From: a candidate division WOR-3 bacterium
Lineage (GTDB): Bacteria; Hydrothermota; Tepidihabitantia; Tepidihabitantales; Tepidihabitantaceae
DNA: 64,000 nucleotides
Direction: 5' to 3'
Assembly: GCA_965648905.1 (NCBI GenBank)
Contig: CBFGIT010000014.1
Coordinates: 14,066 to 78,065 of the forward strand
Under the pieces are notes generated by a model. That model saw only the letters and a list, made by a program, of their open reading frames with translations. It did not search any database and had not been told where the DNA came from. Numbering within the stretch: the first letter of the stretch is position 1; each line of letters begins with the position of its first letter. Made by a program: the position numbers and the translations under genes. Shown in pieces: positions 1 to 9,302 of the stretch.

Positions 1-2333
1 GAACTCGTGTAGACGTTCGTGCCTTCGCAACTGACATTGCAGAAAACGGTGAAGGTCGCTGCTTGAGCACCGAAGTTACGGACCGTGGCCGCGGGCACGG
101 CATCGGCCGAGGTATCCATGACCCCGGTCGGCGCGGTGACGGCAGTGACGCCCACGTCAACTGCCCCGACGCCGAAGTTCACTCGGACCGTGTCGTTGCT
201 TCGCACCTGGTCGGTTGCGAGGTAGGTGAAGCAGGTGGCAGTGTAGCTGCCCGAGACTGCGGTCCAGCTCGGGAAAGTCACCGCGGTGTCGGCGCCGAGC
301 GGAAGCCCATTGGGCAGGTTGATTGACTGGGAGTAGACCGAGCCGATTCGGAACTGAATGGCGCACGGCTCGCGCAGGGTTCCCAAGTTGCGCACGGTTG
401 CCTCAGGAGTCACCGGTCCGGGCAGAATCTGGCCCACCGGCCGGACAATTGCCCGCGCGCTGTAATCGTGAACGTTGACCGTGACTGAGCCGGTCTGCCG
501 GTTGTTGTCCGGGACCCGGTCATTGTCGAGCATCACTGAGCACCGGGTGGCATAGGTGCCGCGCGCCCGGGCAACCCATTGGGCGAAGCTGACCGTGTCA
601 ACTGCGCCCGGGGCAAGGTCGGTGACGCGCTGGGTGTCACTGTAGGTGCCGATGGCGAACAGGACGTCGAACGTGTCGTTTTCCGAACCAAGGTTCTGGA
701 CCACGGCGCGCGGTGTGACAGTCGCGCCTGAGTCGTAAGCGCCGCTTGGCCCGACTATCGCGGTGACCGCGGCATCCACGACCCGGACGTCCACCGACCC
801 GCTCAGGGTGTCGTTGACCGTGACCAGGTCGCTGGTCATGATCGTCGAACACCGGGTCGCGAAGGTGCCGCGGCCGGGCGGATCCCAGTTTGCGAAGGTA
901 ACGGTCCGGAACGCGCCGGGCGCAAGGCTGGCGACACTCTGGGTGTTAGAGTAGCCGCCCTGTATGTCGAACCGCACTTGGAAACTCGCGGTGTCGGTCC
1001 CTTCGTTCTTGACCTGAACCTGAGGCGCAATCGGGACCCCAGAGTCAACCTTCCCGATTGGTGAAAGGATGACCGTCGGAAGGGCATCCCACACCCTTAC
1101 TCGCACTGAACCAGTCTTCTTGTTGTTGGTCTGGTCCCAGTCATTGCCCAGGCGGGTACTGCAGGAAGTGACATAGGTTCCGCGAGGTTGCTGGGTCGGG
1201 GTCCAGTTGCCAAAGGTGATTGTGCCGGTTGCGCCCGGGTCAAGGGTCGAGGATGTGACCGTACTCGTATATGGCGTACCAACGATAATGAAACGCGTGC
1301 TGATGGAGGTGCGGACGGAACTCAGGTTGCGGACTATCGCCCGCGGCTGGACCGTCGTACCAGAATCGACCGGGTCCCAGGGGAAGAGGATCGAATCCAC
1401 TTGTGCATTCATGACTCGGCAGAAGACCGACGAGTTCATTGTGTCGTTCCACGGTCGCTGGTCGCCCGTGCAGTTGACCGAGCACCGTACCGGCCAGGTG
1501 CCTCTGGGCCAGGCACTGTAGGTTGGAAACAGGACACGCGTCTTCGCGCCGGCAGCCAGATTCGAGACCGTTGCCGTGTTGTCGTAGAATGTACCGATAC
1601 GCATGCGCACCGTGAAGGTCTGGCTCGCAGAACTGTGGTTCTGAACCGTGCAGGCCGGCTGGACGTTGCTGACGACCGAGTCCAGGGTTGTGCTGTAGTT
1701 GGGATAGACCCAGCGGACGTCGACGTCGGTTGTCGCCGTGCCGGTGTCCGAGACAAAGGCCCGAATCAGCCAGTCGCCTGGCAACTCAGCCGGCAGGGGT
1801 GTGCGGAACCGATGTTGGTCGTATGACGAGTCTATCCAGTTGGTAGTCGAGCTGAACTGGGCGTTGTCGATTCCCATGCGGGGCCGGGTGTTGACAAACG
1901 GGAGAGTATCGTTATAGATGAAGACAAAGAAGCCGCCGCTGGTGACGCGGATATCGAAGCTCCCGACATAAACCTTGACCCAGCCGGTGGCCGAGGCCCG
2001 GCAGGCGGTGTCGAGGAGCACAGTCCCCGGACTGCCGCCGGCTCCATTGTCGCGATAGATCATCAGCCGGAACGGATTTTCACCTGAAGTGCCGTTGTTG
2101 AAGCTGACCGTGTCAATCCGAATCGGGCCGGTGGGAATGAACTTCATGCCGGCTCCCTGCCGGTAGTTGTCCCAGTTCCAACTGACTGCCCGGTTGCCGT
2201 CGTCGTGGTACATCCAGCGGTCGTCAAGCCCGATCTCAGACCCGGGTCTGGTTTCCTCGGTCACCGGCGCGGCCGCGCCGAACGCGACCGCACAGAGAGC
2301 GAGGGTTACGACAAGCGATGCAGCTTTGTGCAT
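1..2333 (-). CDS. Secreted multi-CARDB (Ig-like) repeat protein, 3' end truncated by the window edge
   Basis: Absent from the ORF track because no stop lies in the window. My translation from the ATG at 2333 (GGAGG SD at 2338-2342) gives a signal peptide MHKAASLVVTLALCAVAFG, then about 6 repeats of D-x-x-V-x-x-I-x-x-P...V-x-P-x-A-x-V-x-N-x-G...F-x-x-W...C-S-T...D...ND, open to base 1. Paralogous in repeat pattern to 5315-9067. Confidence 0.9.
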   Translation of the reverse strand, partial: MHKAASLVVTLALCAVAFGAAAPVTEETRPGSEIGLDDRWMYHDDGNRAVSWNWDNYRQGAGMKFIPTGPIRIDTVSFNNGTSGENPFRLMIYRDNGAGGSPGTVLLDTACRASATGWVKVYVGSFDIRVTSGGFFVFIYNDTLPFVNTRPRMGIDNAQFSSTTNWIDSSYDQHRFRTPLPAELPGDWLIRAFVSDTGTATTDVDVRWVYPNYSTTLDSVVSNVQPACTVQNHSSASQTFTVRMRIGTFYDNTATVSNLAAGAKTRVLFPTYSAWPRGTWPVRCSVNCTGDQRPWNDTMNSSVFCRVMNAQVDSILFPWDPVDSGTTVQPRAIVRNLSSVRTSISTRFIIVGTPYTSTVTSSTLDPGATGTITFGNWTPTQQPRGTYVTSCSTRLGNDWDQTNNKKTGSVRVRVWDALPTVILSPIGKVDSGVPIAPQVQVKNEGTDTASFQVRFDIQGGYSNTQSVASLAPGAFRTVTFANWDPPGRGTFATRCSTIMTSDLVTVNDTLSGSVDVRVVDAAVTAIVGPSGAYDSGATVTPRAVVQNLGSENDTFDVLFAIGTYSDTQRVTDLAPGAVDTVSFAQWVARARGTYATRCSVMLDNDRVPDNNRQTGSVTVNVHDYSARAIVRPVGQILPGPVTPEATVRNLGTLREPCAIQFRIGSVYSQSINLPNGLPLGADTAVTFPSWTAVSGSYTATCFTYLATDQVRSNDTVRVNFGVGAVDVGVTAVTAPTGVMDTSADAVPAATVRNFGAQAATFTVFCNVSCEGTNVYTS

Positions 2334-2547
2334 GATGCCTCCTTACTTTGGTCTTGTCAGACTGTCAGCTTGGGTGGTAAGCCATCTCTTCTCGATTCTT
2401 CACGGCCCCGGTCCACCCCGGACCAAGCCTGTACCCACAGAAGCAGGGTCCAAGCGGGGCCGTGGATTCTATGCCCGGTAGAATCCCCCGGCACAATGAA
2501 CACGTAGCGCGCCGCCGGGCGCGTGACCCATACGACGCTGCGTCTTA

Positions 2548-2575
2548 ATTATAGGCAGATGCGCCGCAAAGTCAA
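2548..2575 (-). promoter_or_regulatory. Sigma70-type promoter TTGACT-N16-TATAAT for the CARDB gene (about 210-nt leader)
   Basis: Near-consensus -35/-10 hexamers on the minus strand. Confidence 0.7.
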
Positions 2576-2611
2576 ACAGAACCGGAGGGTCGGCCCGACA
2601 CCGTTCTGCGG

Positions 2612-3538
2612 TTAGGCCGGCCGGCCGGCCGGAATCGGCACGAACGCGGGCCGCCGTCTAAAAGAGTCAACCAGCTTGCGGCCGAAGGGTAGAAATGCTT
2701 CACAACCTTTTACCCGTCGTCTGAAGACCTGGGCTTCAAACTCATCCGCGGCCAGGTGGTTGACAAGTCGGTCAAGACCGGCTGAGGTAAGCCAGTAGTT
2801 GCCGTTGCCGATGACAATCAGGCCGCGGCGCACCCAATTGTAGATGGTGCGCTCGTCCTTGCTCAGCTTGACGTAAGTGTCGAAGTTATCAACCGGTTTC
2901 AGCGAATCCGAGTCGAGGACAAAGGCGATGAGCACGAGCGGGAAGGTCTTGATGATTATCTTGAAGCTCGGGGGGAATCCCCGGTTCGCGGGCAGAACTT
3001 CAACGCCGGTGATGTTGTCCGGGCTGAGTAGTCGGTCGATGTCGAACTCGGGCGTGAAGCCGAGTCGGTTGCCGATGACACCGATGCCGACGTTCTGGAG
3101 TTCGACGTTGCGGTCGGCCGGCTTCATCAGCCGCATCATGCGGATCTTGAAGAAGGCAGTCTCCTGAAGTGCAAGCAGTTCGCGGAAGATGGTATAGGTC
3201 ATGATTGACGCCACGCCCATCCGTCGGTAGTCCTGTTTGACGGCGATGTCCCAGAGGCAGATGCCTTTGCCGGGCGGGTCGCGTTCGACAAAGGCCCGGC
3301 CAATCTGTTTGCCGTCGAGCGCGACGTAGGCGTTGGCCTTGGTCTCGAGGATTTCAGTGGTCAGTTCGAGCTGGCGGCCAGCCAGTCCGCCGTCACGCAC
3401 CAGAATGTGGGTGTGGTCGAGCCAGTCGAAGCGCGGCCCGATGCGACCCGGAATCCAGACAAACGGGATTTTGGGTCCCAAGTGGCGGCGAAGTGAGGAC
3501 GCAAGTGGACCAATGAGAGGCCAGTTATGGATTGCCAT
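2612..3538 (-). CDS. Hypothetical protein with a GNAT-like acetyltransferase segment
   Basis: 308-aa ORF; ICLWDIAVKQDYRRMGVAS matches GNAT motif A. Starts 4 nt after the TPR gene stop. Confidence 0.7.
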   Translation of the reverse strand: MAIHNWPLIGPLASSLRRHLGPKIPFVWIPGRIGPRFDWLDHTHILVRDGGLAGRQLELTTEILETKANAYVALDGKQIGRAFVERDPPGKGICLWDIAVKQDYRRMGVASIMTYTIFRELLALQETAFFKIRMMRLMKPADRNVELQNVGIGVIGNRLGFTPEFDIDRLLSPDNITGVEVLPANRGFPPSFKIIIKTFPLVLIAFVLDSDSLKPVDNFDTYVKLSKDERTIYNWVRRGLIVIGNGNYWLTSAGLDRLVNHLAADEFEAQVFRRRVKGCEAFLPFGRKLVDSFRRRPAFVPIPAGRPA

Positions 3539-3541
3539 CTC

Positions 3542-5077
3542 TTACCGCATCAGGCAGGGGTTGAGGGTTACAGCCCGCTCCAGAGCCTGGACCGCTTTCT
3601 GGACCATCCCTTTGTCGCGGTAGGCGATGCCGAGGTTGTGCCAGGCACCGAAGTGGCGTGGGTTGAGTTGGACTGCTTTGCGGTAGCAACTGATTGAACC
3701 GTCGAGGTCGTGTTTCTCGTAGTAAGCGCGCCCCATGTTGTAGCGGGCCGGCGCAAAGCCAGGTTCGATCCGGCAGACCTCGCGGTAGGCGGCAATCGCT
3801 TGGTCGTACTGGCGTTGTTCGAGCAGCAGGTTGCCGAGGTTGAAACGGGCCTGATAGTAGTCAGGTCTGATGGCGGTCGCCCGCTCAAAAGCGGCCTGTG
3901 CCTTGGCCGGGCTGTCCATGTTCGCATAGGCGAGTCCGAGGTTGTTGGCGGCCTCGGCATAGTCGGGTCTCAGCTCAAGTGCCCGTTTGAATGCCCCGAT
4001 TGCCTTGGGCCAGTGCTTCATCATTGCGTAGGCGTTGCCTTCGCAGTACCATGCTTCAGCCAGGTCCGGAGCGATGGCGTGAGCCTTGTGCAGTGCCTTG
4101 ATTGCCTCGCGCGGTGCTTCCCGCCGCAGGTGGCACATCGCGATGCTCACATATACACCAGACGAATCGGGCCGGAGCGCGAGTGAACGCTGGTACAGCT
4201 CGATCGCCTTGTCCCAGCGGCTCTGGGCAAACAGATAGGTTCCGAGGCTGGCGTAGTACAGGGCAGTGAGATCGCGTCGGTCGAGTCGCTCGCCCGCGGT
4301 GGTCGACGCGAGCGAGAGTGGTGCTGGGTCGAGCAGCTCCCAGCAGACGAGCCGGCCGCAGACGTCCACCTCAAGACGCAGGATATCGTTTCTGGTCAGA
4401 TAGCCGACCCGGAACCCCAACCGATTGATGATGATGGAGTCGAGGATTGCCAGACCCAGCGAGTTACCGGCGCCGGCACGGCTGTCGGCATAGCTGTCAA
4501 TGACCTGGGTGAGTAGGAAGTCGGGTGAGACACGGCCGGGCTTCAAGGCCCAGAGCGAGCGTCGAACCTCAAGCAGCAGCCCGAGCTGGGCGTCGAACCC
4601 GCGCTCGCCTGAGCGGACGCGGGCCAAGTGGCTCAAAGCCAGAAGAATCGGGGCGGAACCGACCACCCGGGTCCAGACGGAGTCGAGTTTGTGCGCGTAG
4701 GAGAGAATGCTGTCCGGGGCGTGAATGCCTGATGCACTGAGCAGGCCAAATGCCAGCGCCGTTGCGGTGTCGAACTCACGTTCAATCTCATCCATTGCCG
4801 CGACCAGCCGTTCGGCCGAGGCGGCGATGCGCCGTGGCTGAAAGTCCGAGCAGGCGAGGATTTCAGCGAACCGTTCGGCAAGCGACCCAGGCAAGATGCC
4901 CTGCGCACGGCGGGTCAAGTTGTCGTGTTGAGTGGTACTCAGGACGAGTTCGCCGGCCTGCTCCTGTTTGAGCTGGGCTTCGGCGCGGCGCCGGCTGGCC
5001 TCAAGCGCACGCGCCAAGGCGCTCGGTTCAGACGCGCCCCGGGCGTTGTTTTGGGCAGAGCTGTCTAGCCGTTCCAT
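3542..5077 (-). CDS. TPR-repeat protein with an N-terminal SirB1/transglutaminase-core-like region
   Basis: About 7 TPR repeats (e.g. AEAWYCEGNAYAMMKHWPKAIGAFKRALELRPDY); FLLTQVID...GNSLGLAILDSIIINRLG resembles SirB1. Confidence 0.85.
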   Translation of the reverse strand: MERLDSSAQNNARGASEPSALARALEASRRRAEAQLKQEQAGELVLSTTQHDNLTRRAQGILPGSLAERFAEILACSDFQPRRIAASAERLVAAMDEIEREFDTATALAFGLLSASGIHAPDSILSYAHKLDSVWTRVVGSAPILLALSHLARVRSGERGFDAQLGLLLEVRRSLWALKPGRVSPDFLLTQVIDSYADSRAGAGNSLGLAILDSIIINRLGFRVGYLTRNDILRLEVDVCGRLVCWELLDPAPLSLASTTAGERLDRRDLTALYYASLGTYLFAQSRWDKAIELYQRSLALRPDSSGVYVSIAMCHLRREAPREAIKALHKAHAIAPDLAEAWYCEGNAYAMMKHWPKAIGAFKRALELRPDYAEAANNLGLAYANMDSPAKAQAAFERATAIRPDYYQARFNLGNLLLEQRQYDQAIAAYREVCRIEPGFAPARYNMGRAYYEKHDLDGSISCYRKAVQLNPRHFGAWHNLGIAYRDKGMVQKAVQALERAVTLNPCLMR

Positions 5078-5116
5078 TGGCTTCCCTGATTACTTCGAAT
5101 TGTCCTTCCCTTAATA

Positions 5117-5144
5117 ATTGTATCCGAGGCCGCGCCGAAGTCAA
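5117..5144 (-). promoter_or_regulatory. Sigma70-type promoter TTGACT-N16-TACAAT for the TPR gene
   Basis: Near-consensus hexamers upstream of the start at 5077. Confidence 0.6.
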
Positions 5145-5237
5145 AAGAAGGCGAACAGAGGGGCGTGAGGCCGCCTTCCGAATGGCAGAGACCGAGCGGC
5201 AGGCGTTCTGACGCGCTGAGTGGGTCTTGACACTCAT

Positions 5238-5266
5238 TTGACAGCGGGCGAAGTCTCTGCTATAAT
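5238..5266 (+). promoter_or_regulatory. Consensus sigma70 promoter TTGACA-N17-TATAAT with extended -10 TG
   Basis: Perfect consensus, followed by SD GGAGGAG before the ATG at 5315. Confidence 0.8.
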
Positions 5267-5314
5267 TAGCGCGCTGAGACTTCAGGTCCCGGAAGGACCT
5301 GGGGAGGAGTAACA

Positions 5315-8300
5315 ATGCGCAGAGAGAAAGTGGTGGCGACAGCTTTGCTGCTGTCGGCCGTCGCCGTTCTTGGTGCGTCGGTCGGTCAGCATCGCGGTTC
5401 GCCCGGTTACAGCACGTCAACGCTCTGGGGTCTGGGCGGGCTGTTTGGGAGGTGGACCCCGGCGGACGAGGTAGTTTCACTTCGCACCGAATGCTCGAAG
5501 ACGTTCGACAATCACGACGGCACCTACTCGCTCGTGCTGAGCGGTCCGGTTCATCGTCTGGGGCGGACCGGCGAGTGGGAGGAGTTCCCGGTGCCGGAAT
5601 CGAGCTACGGAACCGATTCGTACGACACGGTACGCATCGGCACCAACCCCGGCTATGACCCGATTATCTGGGCCGCCGGGTACCCCTATTTCCGGGTGCA
5701 GTTCATCTATTTGAGCTCGGAACTGCAGTTCAACGGCCACATCGTGGGTCTGGGGTTCTATGGCGATGGCCAGGCCGTGGGCGGGGACACCATCAATCGC
5801 GCCCGGCACTGGCTCAAGGACGTGGGCTACAGCACGTTCGGCTCCGATAACTGGGATGACCCGGGCACACCGGTCTGGGGTGAGGGCACGCTGTACCTGC
5901 CCGAGGATAGCAACTGGGTCAGACTTCCCCTGCAGCAGTCGTACACGCATATTCACGGCAACAATCTGCTTGTCTCCTACTGGCACAAGGACGGCACCGT
6001 CGAGCGCGCCCAGTGGTATCGTTTCCACGAGCTGAACGCAGACCGGGGCAAGCGGGGCCGCGACAATACCGATTCGATTCCAACCATGATTCGAATTCGC
6101 ACCCGCCCCAACATCGAAATCGTCTACATTCCCATCTACCCGGACATGCAGACTGTCTCAGTCCTCGGACCGAAGGACACGGTCGTCTCCGGGCAGACCT
6201 ATACGCCTCAGGCCGTGGTGCGCAACAATGGTCCAGTTCCAGCGGTCCGCTTTGACGTGAAGCTTGACATCAGCGGCGGCTACAGCAAGACGCGGTCGTA
6301 TGCTGACTGGCCGGTCAGTTCCCAGCAGACCCTCAGCTTCGACAACTGGACTGCTTCGAATCTGGGCATTTTTTCGACTCGCTGCTCGGTCCGGCTCAAC
6401 TACGACTCGGTGGCGACAAACAACAAGGTCGAGGTCGATGGTCTTGTGCGGCGGCTCGATGTTCAGGTAGTCGACCTGATTGCACCGCCGGCCGAGGTTG
6501 ACTCAGGTCAGGAGTGCATGCCGAGTGCCAAGGTCAGAAATAACGGGAATACCACCGTCAGTTTCGACGTGCGCTACATTGTCCAGGGTGGCTATGTCCG
6601 CACGCAGACTGTGGACGCACTCGCACCGGAAGAGGAGCGAGTGGTCGTGTTTGACCCGTGGACCGCGGCCACGCGCGGGGCGCTGACGGCGCGGTGCACC
6701 ACGATGCTGGCCGGCGACCAGAATCAGTCGAACAACCGTCTCTCCCGCAGCGTATTCGTGCGCGTGTTCGATGTCGTGCCGGTCGTCATTACCGCACCCC
6801 CGCCTTTGGTGGACTCGGGCCAGTTGCTCGCGCCGCTGGCGGTCGTGCGTAACAACGGTAACACGACTGCGAGTTTCGGTGTACGGTTCGACATCGAGGA
6901 CGGCTACTCCGATACCCGAAGCGTGAACCTGGGGCCAGGAGCACAGACCTCGGTTCTGTTTGCCGGGTGGACTGCTTCGAGACGGGGTACTCTTGTGACC
7001 CGTTGCACAACCATGTTCACCGGCGACATGGTCAACGGCAATGACAATCTGAATGGCTCGGTCACGATTGCAGTTCACGACGTCGGGATTTCGAGCGTAG
7101 TTACACCCTGCGGGCAGATTCCCTGTGGTTTGGTGATACCCGAAGTACGTCTGAGCAACAACGGCACAACCCGGAAACCCGTAGATGTCACGTTGTCAAT
7201 CACTGCCAACCCGCCGTACTTCCGGCAGGTCCACTGCCCGGACGGGTTGCCGACGGGCGAGGACACGGTGGTGACCTTCCCGGAATGGCTGGCGCTGCCC
7301 GGCAGTTACGTGCTCCGTTGCTCGACGTTCATGGAGCGGGACCAGGTCAGCACGAACGACACGGTCAGCATGGCTCTGGAGGTCAGGACGGTGGACGTCG
7401 CGGTGATGGCGATTGTCGCGCCCGCGGGTCAGATTGAGACCGCCATGGTCATCAGGCCGACGGCCCGGGTCGCCAATCTCGGGGGGCAGGCGGCAACCTT
7501 TGAGGTCTGGTTCCGGATTGACTCGATGGGCGAGCCGGTCTACTCCCGTAACATGCTCGTCAAGGACCTGGTCCAAGGAGGGGAGACGCTGCTGTTGTTC
7601 GATACCTGGCCGAAGCCGCATCGGTACGGGATGTATGCGACTTCATGTTCGGTCTACGTCGTCAACGACCAGCAGCCGGGCAACGACCGGTTAACCGGCT
7701 GGTTCTTTGTGGTCAAACACGCGCAGCGTTACGGCTGGCGCAGCCGGACCGACATTCCGGCGCTGCCATCGAACCGACCCGCGGGCAAGGGCGCCTGGCT
7801 TGCCTTTGACCCGCAGACCGAGCTCGTCTACGGGGCCAAGGGGAACAAGTCCCGCGAGGTGCATTCCTACGACCCGGACGCAGACAACTGGAAGCAGCTC
7901 AGCCCGGTCCCGACCGGCCGCGAGGGCAAGCCTTTCGGCAAGGGCGCGGTTGCCTGCGGCGACGGGCAGGGGATGATATATGTGACCAAGGGCGGCAACA
8001 CCAGCGGCTTCTGGCGCTACAGTACAACAACCGATTCCTGGCAACAGCTTGCCGACGTTCCGCTCGGCACGACTCGACTGAAGGTCAAGGAGGGTTCGGG
8101 GCTGGTCTTCACCGACGCGAACCGGGCTGAGGAATCGAGGGATCCTGAAGACAGTGGGCTGCTCGACGGGCGGTCGCATGGTCTTGGCGTTCCGACCGCG
8201 GCACCCGGATTCGTCTATCTGCTCAAAGGCCAGAAGGGTGACTTCCTCCGATACAATACGCTTAGCGACTCATGGGAGGCCGGTCTTACCCCGGCACCCA

Positions 8301-9067
8301 GTCAGGCCGGCAGATGGGCGGCCGGTTCCTGGCTGGTGTCCGACCGCGCCGCGAACATCTTTGCACACAAGGCCAAGGGGCACATGCTGTATCGGTATGA
8401 CGTCGATGCCAATGTCTGGTTGGAGATGGCGAGCGGCATGCCACTCTTAAGTCGCTGGACCGGAAAGGCGAAGAAGTCCAAGGATGGCGGCTGCGCGGCG
8501 TGGCTCGACCAGTCGGTGTACTGCCTGAAGGGCGGCAACACCCAGGAGTTCTGGGAGTACCGGCCGGCGAAAGACTCCTGGTACGAGCTCGACACGATGC
8601 CGTCGGTCGGGACATCGGCCAGGCGCAAGCGGGTCAAGGCAGGCGCGGCCATGGTCGGTCTGCGCGGACTGATCTATGCCCTGAAAGGCAACAAGACTAC
8701 CGAGTTCTGGATGTATGTGTTTCCACCTGAGAGCCTGAGCGCACTCGGTCCAGCGCGGCACGACGGGGTTGCAGCCGGCAGTCGGAATCCAGAACGCGGA
8801 GTGCAGAGCGCCGAGTGCGGGTTCAGTGTCGGGCCGAACCCGCCGGCCAGCGGTATCGTACGGGTCAGCTACCGGCTGGCCGGCCCTGAGAAGGTGACGG
8901 TGCAGGTTCTTGATCCGGCCGGTCGCGTGTACTTGCGGCAGACCCGGTCGCTGGGGCAGCTCGGCAGCTTCGACGTTGACCTGCGCGGTCTGGGGGCAGG
9001 AGTCTGTTTGATCCAGATGCGTTCTTCGAGCGGCACAAGCACTGCCAAACTGGTCCTGCAGCGCTAG
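5315..9067 (+). CDS. Secreted protein: CARDB repeats + Kelch-like beta-propeller + T9SS/FlgD-like C-terminal domain
   Basis: Signal peptide; about 5 CARDB-like repeats; propeller repeats KGGNTQEFW/KGNKTTEFW; C-terminal PNP...V-x-D-x-x-GR...GAGVCLI...KLVLQR. Confidence 0.9.
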   Translation: MRREKVVATALLLSAVAVLGASVGQHRGSPGYSTSTLWGLGGLFGRWTPADEVVSLRTECSKTFDNHDGTYSLVLSGPVHRLGRTGEWEEFPVPESSYGTDSYDTVRIGTNPGYDPIIWAAGYPYFRVQFIYLSSELQFNGHIVGLGFYGDGQAVGGDTINRARHWLKDVGYSTFGSDNWDDPGTPVWGEGTLYLPEDSNWVRLPLQQSYTHIHGNNLLVSYWHKDGTVERAQWYRFHELNADRGKRGRDNTDSIPTMIRIRTRPNIEIVYIPIYPDMQTVSVLGPKDTVVSGQTYTPQAVVRNNGPVPAVRFDVKLDISGGYSKTRSYADWPVSSQQTLSFDNWTASNLGIFSTRCSVRLNYDSVATNNKVEVDGLVRRLDVQVVDLIAPPAEVDSGQECMPSAKVRNNGNTTVSFDVRYIVQGGYVRTQTVDALAPEEERVVVFDPWTAATRGALTARCTTMLAGDQNQSNNRLSRSVFVRVFDVVPVVITAPPPLVDSGQLLAPLAVVRNNGNTTASFGVRFDIEDGYSDTRSVNLGPGAQTSVLFAGWTASRRGTLVTRCTTMFTGDMVNGNDNLNGSVTIAVHDVGISSVVTPCGQIPCGLVIPEVRLSNNGTTRKPVDVTLSITANPPYFRQVHCPDGLPTGEDTVVTFPEWLALPGSYVLRCSTFMERDQVSTNDTVSMALEVRTVDVAVMAIVAPAGQIETAMVIRPTARVANLGGQAATFEVWFRIDSMGEPVYSRNMLVKDLVQGGETLLLFDTWPKPHRYGMYATSCSVYVVNDQQPGNDRLTGWFFVVKHAQRYGWRSRTDIPALPSNRPAGKGAWLAFDPQTELVYGAKGNKSREVHSYDPDADNWKQLSPVPTGREGKPFGKGAVACGDGQGMIYVTKGGNTSGFWRYSTTTDSWQQLADVPLGTTRLKVKEGSGLVFTDANRAEESRDPEDSGLLDGRSHGLGVPTAAPGFVYLLKGQKGDFLRYNTLSDSWEAGLTPAPSQAGRWAAGSWLVSDRAANIFAHKAKGHMLYRYDVDANVWLEMASGMPLLSRWTGKAKKSKDGGCAAWLDQSVYCLKGGNTQEFWEYRPAKDSWYELDTMPSVGTSARRKRVKAGAAMVGLRGLIYALKGNKTTEFWMYVFPPESLSALGPARHDGVAAGSRNPERGVQSAECGFSVGPNPPASGIVRVSYRLAGPEKVTVQVLDPAGRVYLRQTRSLGQLGSFDVDLRGLGAGVCLIQMRSSSGTSTAKLVLQR

Positions 9068-9076
9068 ACTCCGAAG

Positions 9077-9107
9077 GCGGGGACACGATGACGAATCGTG
9101 TCCCCGC
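9077..9107 (+). terminator. 13-bp perfect hairpin, probable terminator
   Basis: GCGGGGACACGAT-gacga-ATCGTGTCCCCGC, 10 nt after the stop; no strong U-tract. Confidence 0.6.
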
Positions 9108-9302
9108 TGCCGGCGCAGCGGTGAACAAACTTCTGTCGCGCCGGGCGTGTGTTCGTTGCCCAAGGGTTCCTTGAGGTCTCCAAGACTTGAGATTGACAAT
9201 CGCTGCCGAACGACTAAGCTTGATGACAGGCGCGGACGGAGCCAGCCCTGCTGGCCGACGCGCAGGCAGAAAAGCAACAAAAAAGCCATGGAGGAGGCAC
9301 CC

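Noticed and set aside
9147..9302. 52-aa N-terminal extension in the ORF track, and an ATG 9223 uORF
   Set aside because: The region contains the promoter (TTGACA-N16-TAAGCT); SD and signal peptide point to ATG 9303, and ATG 9223 lies only 2 nt after the -10 box.
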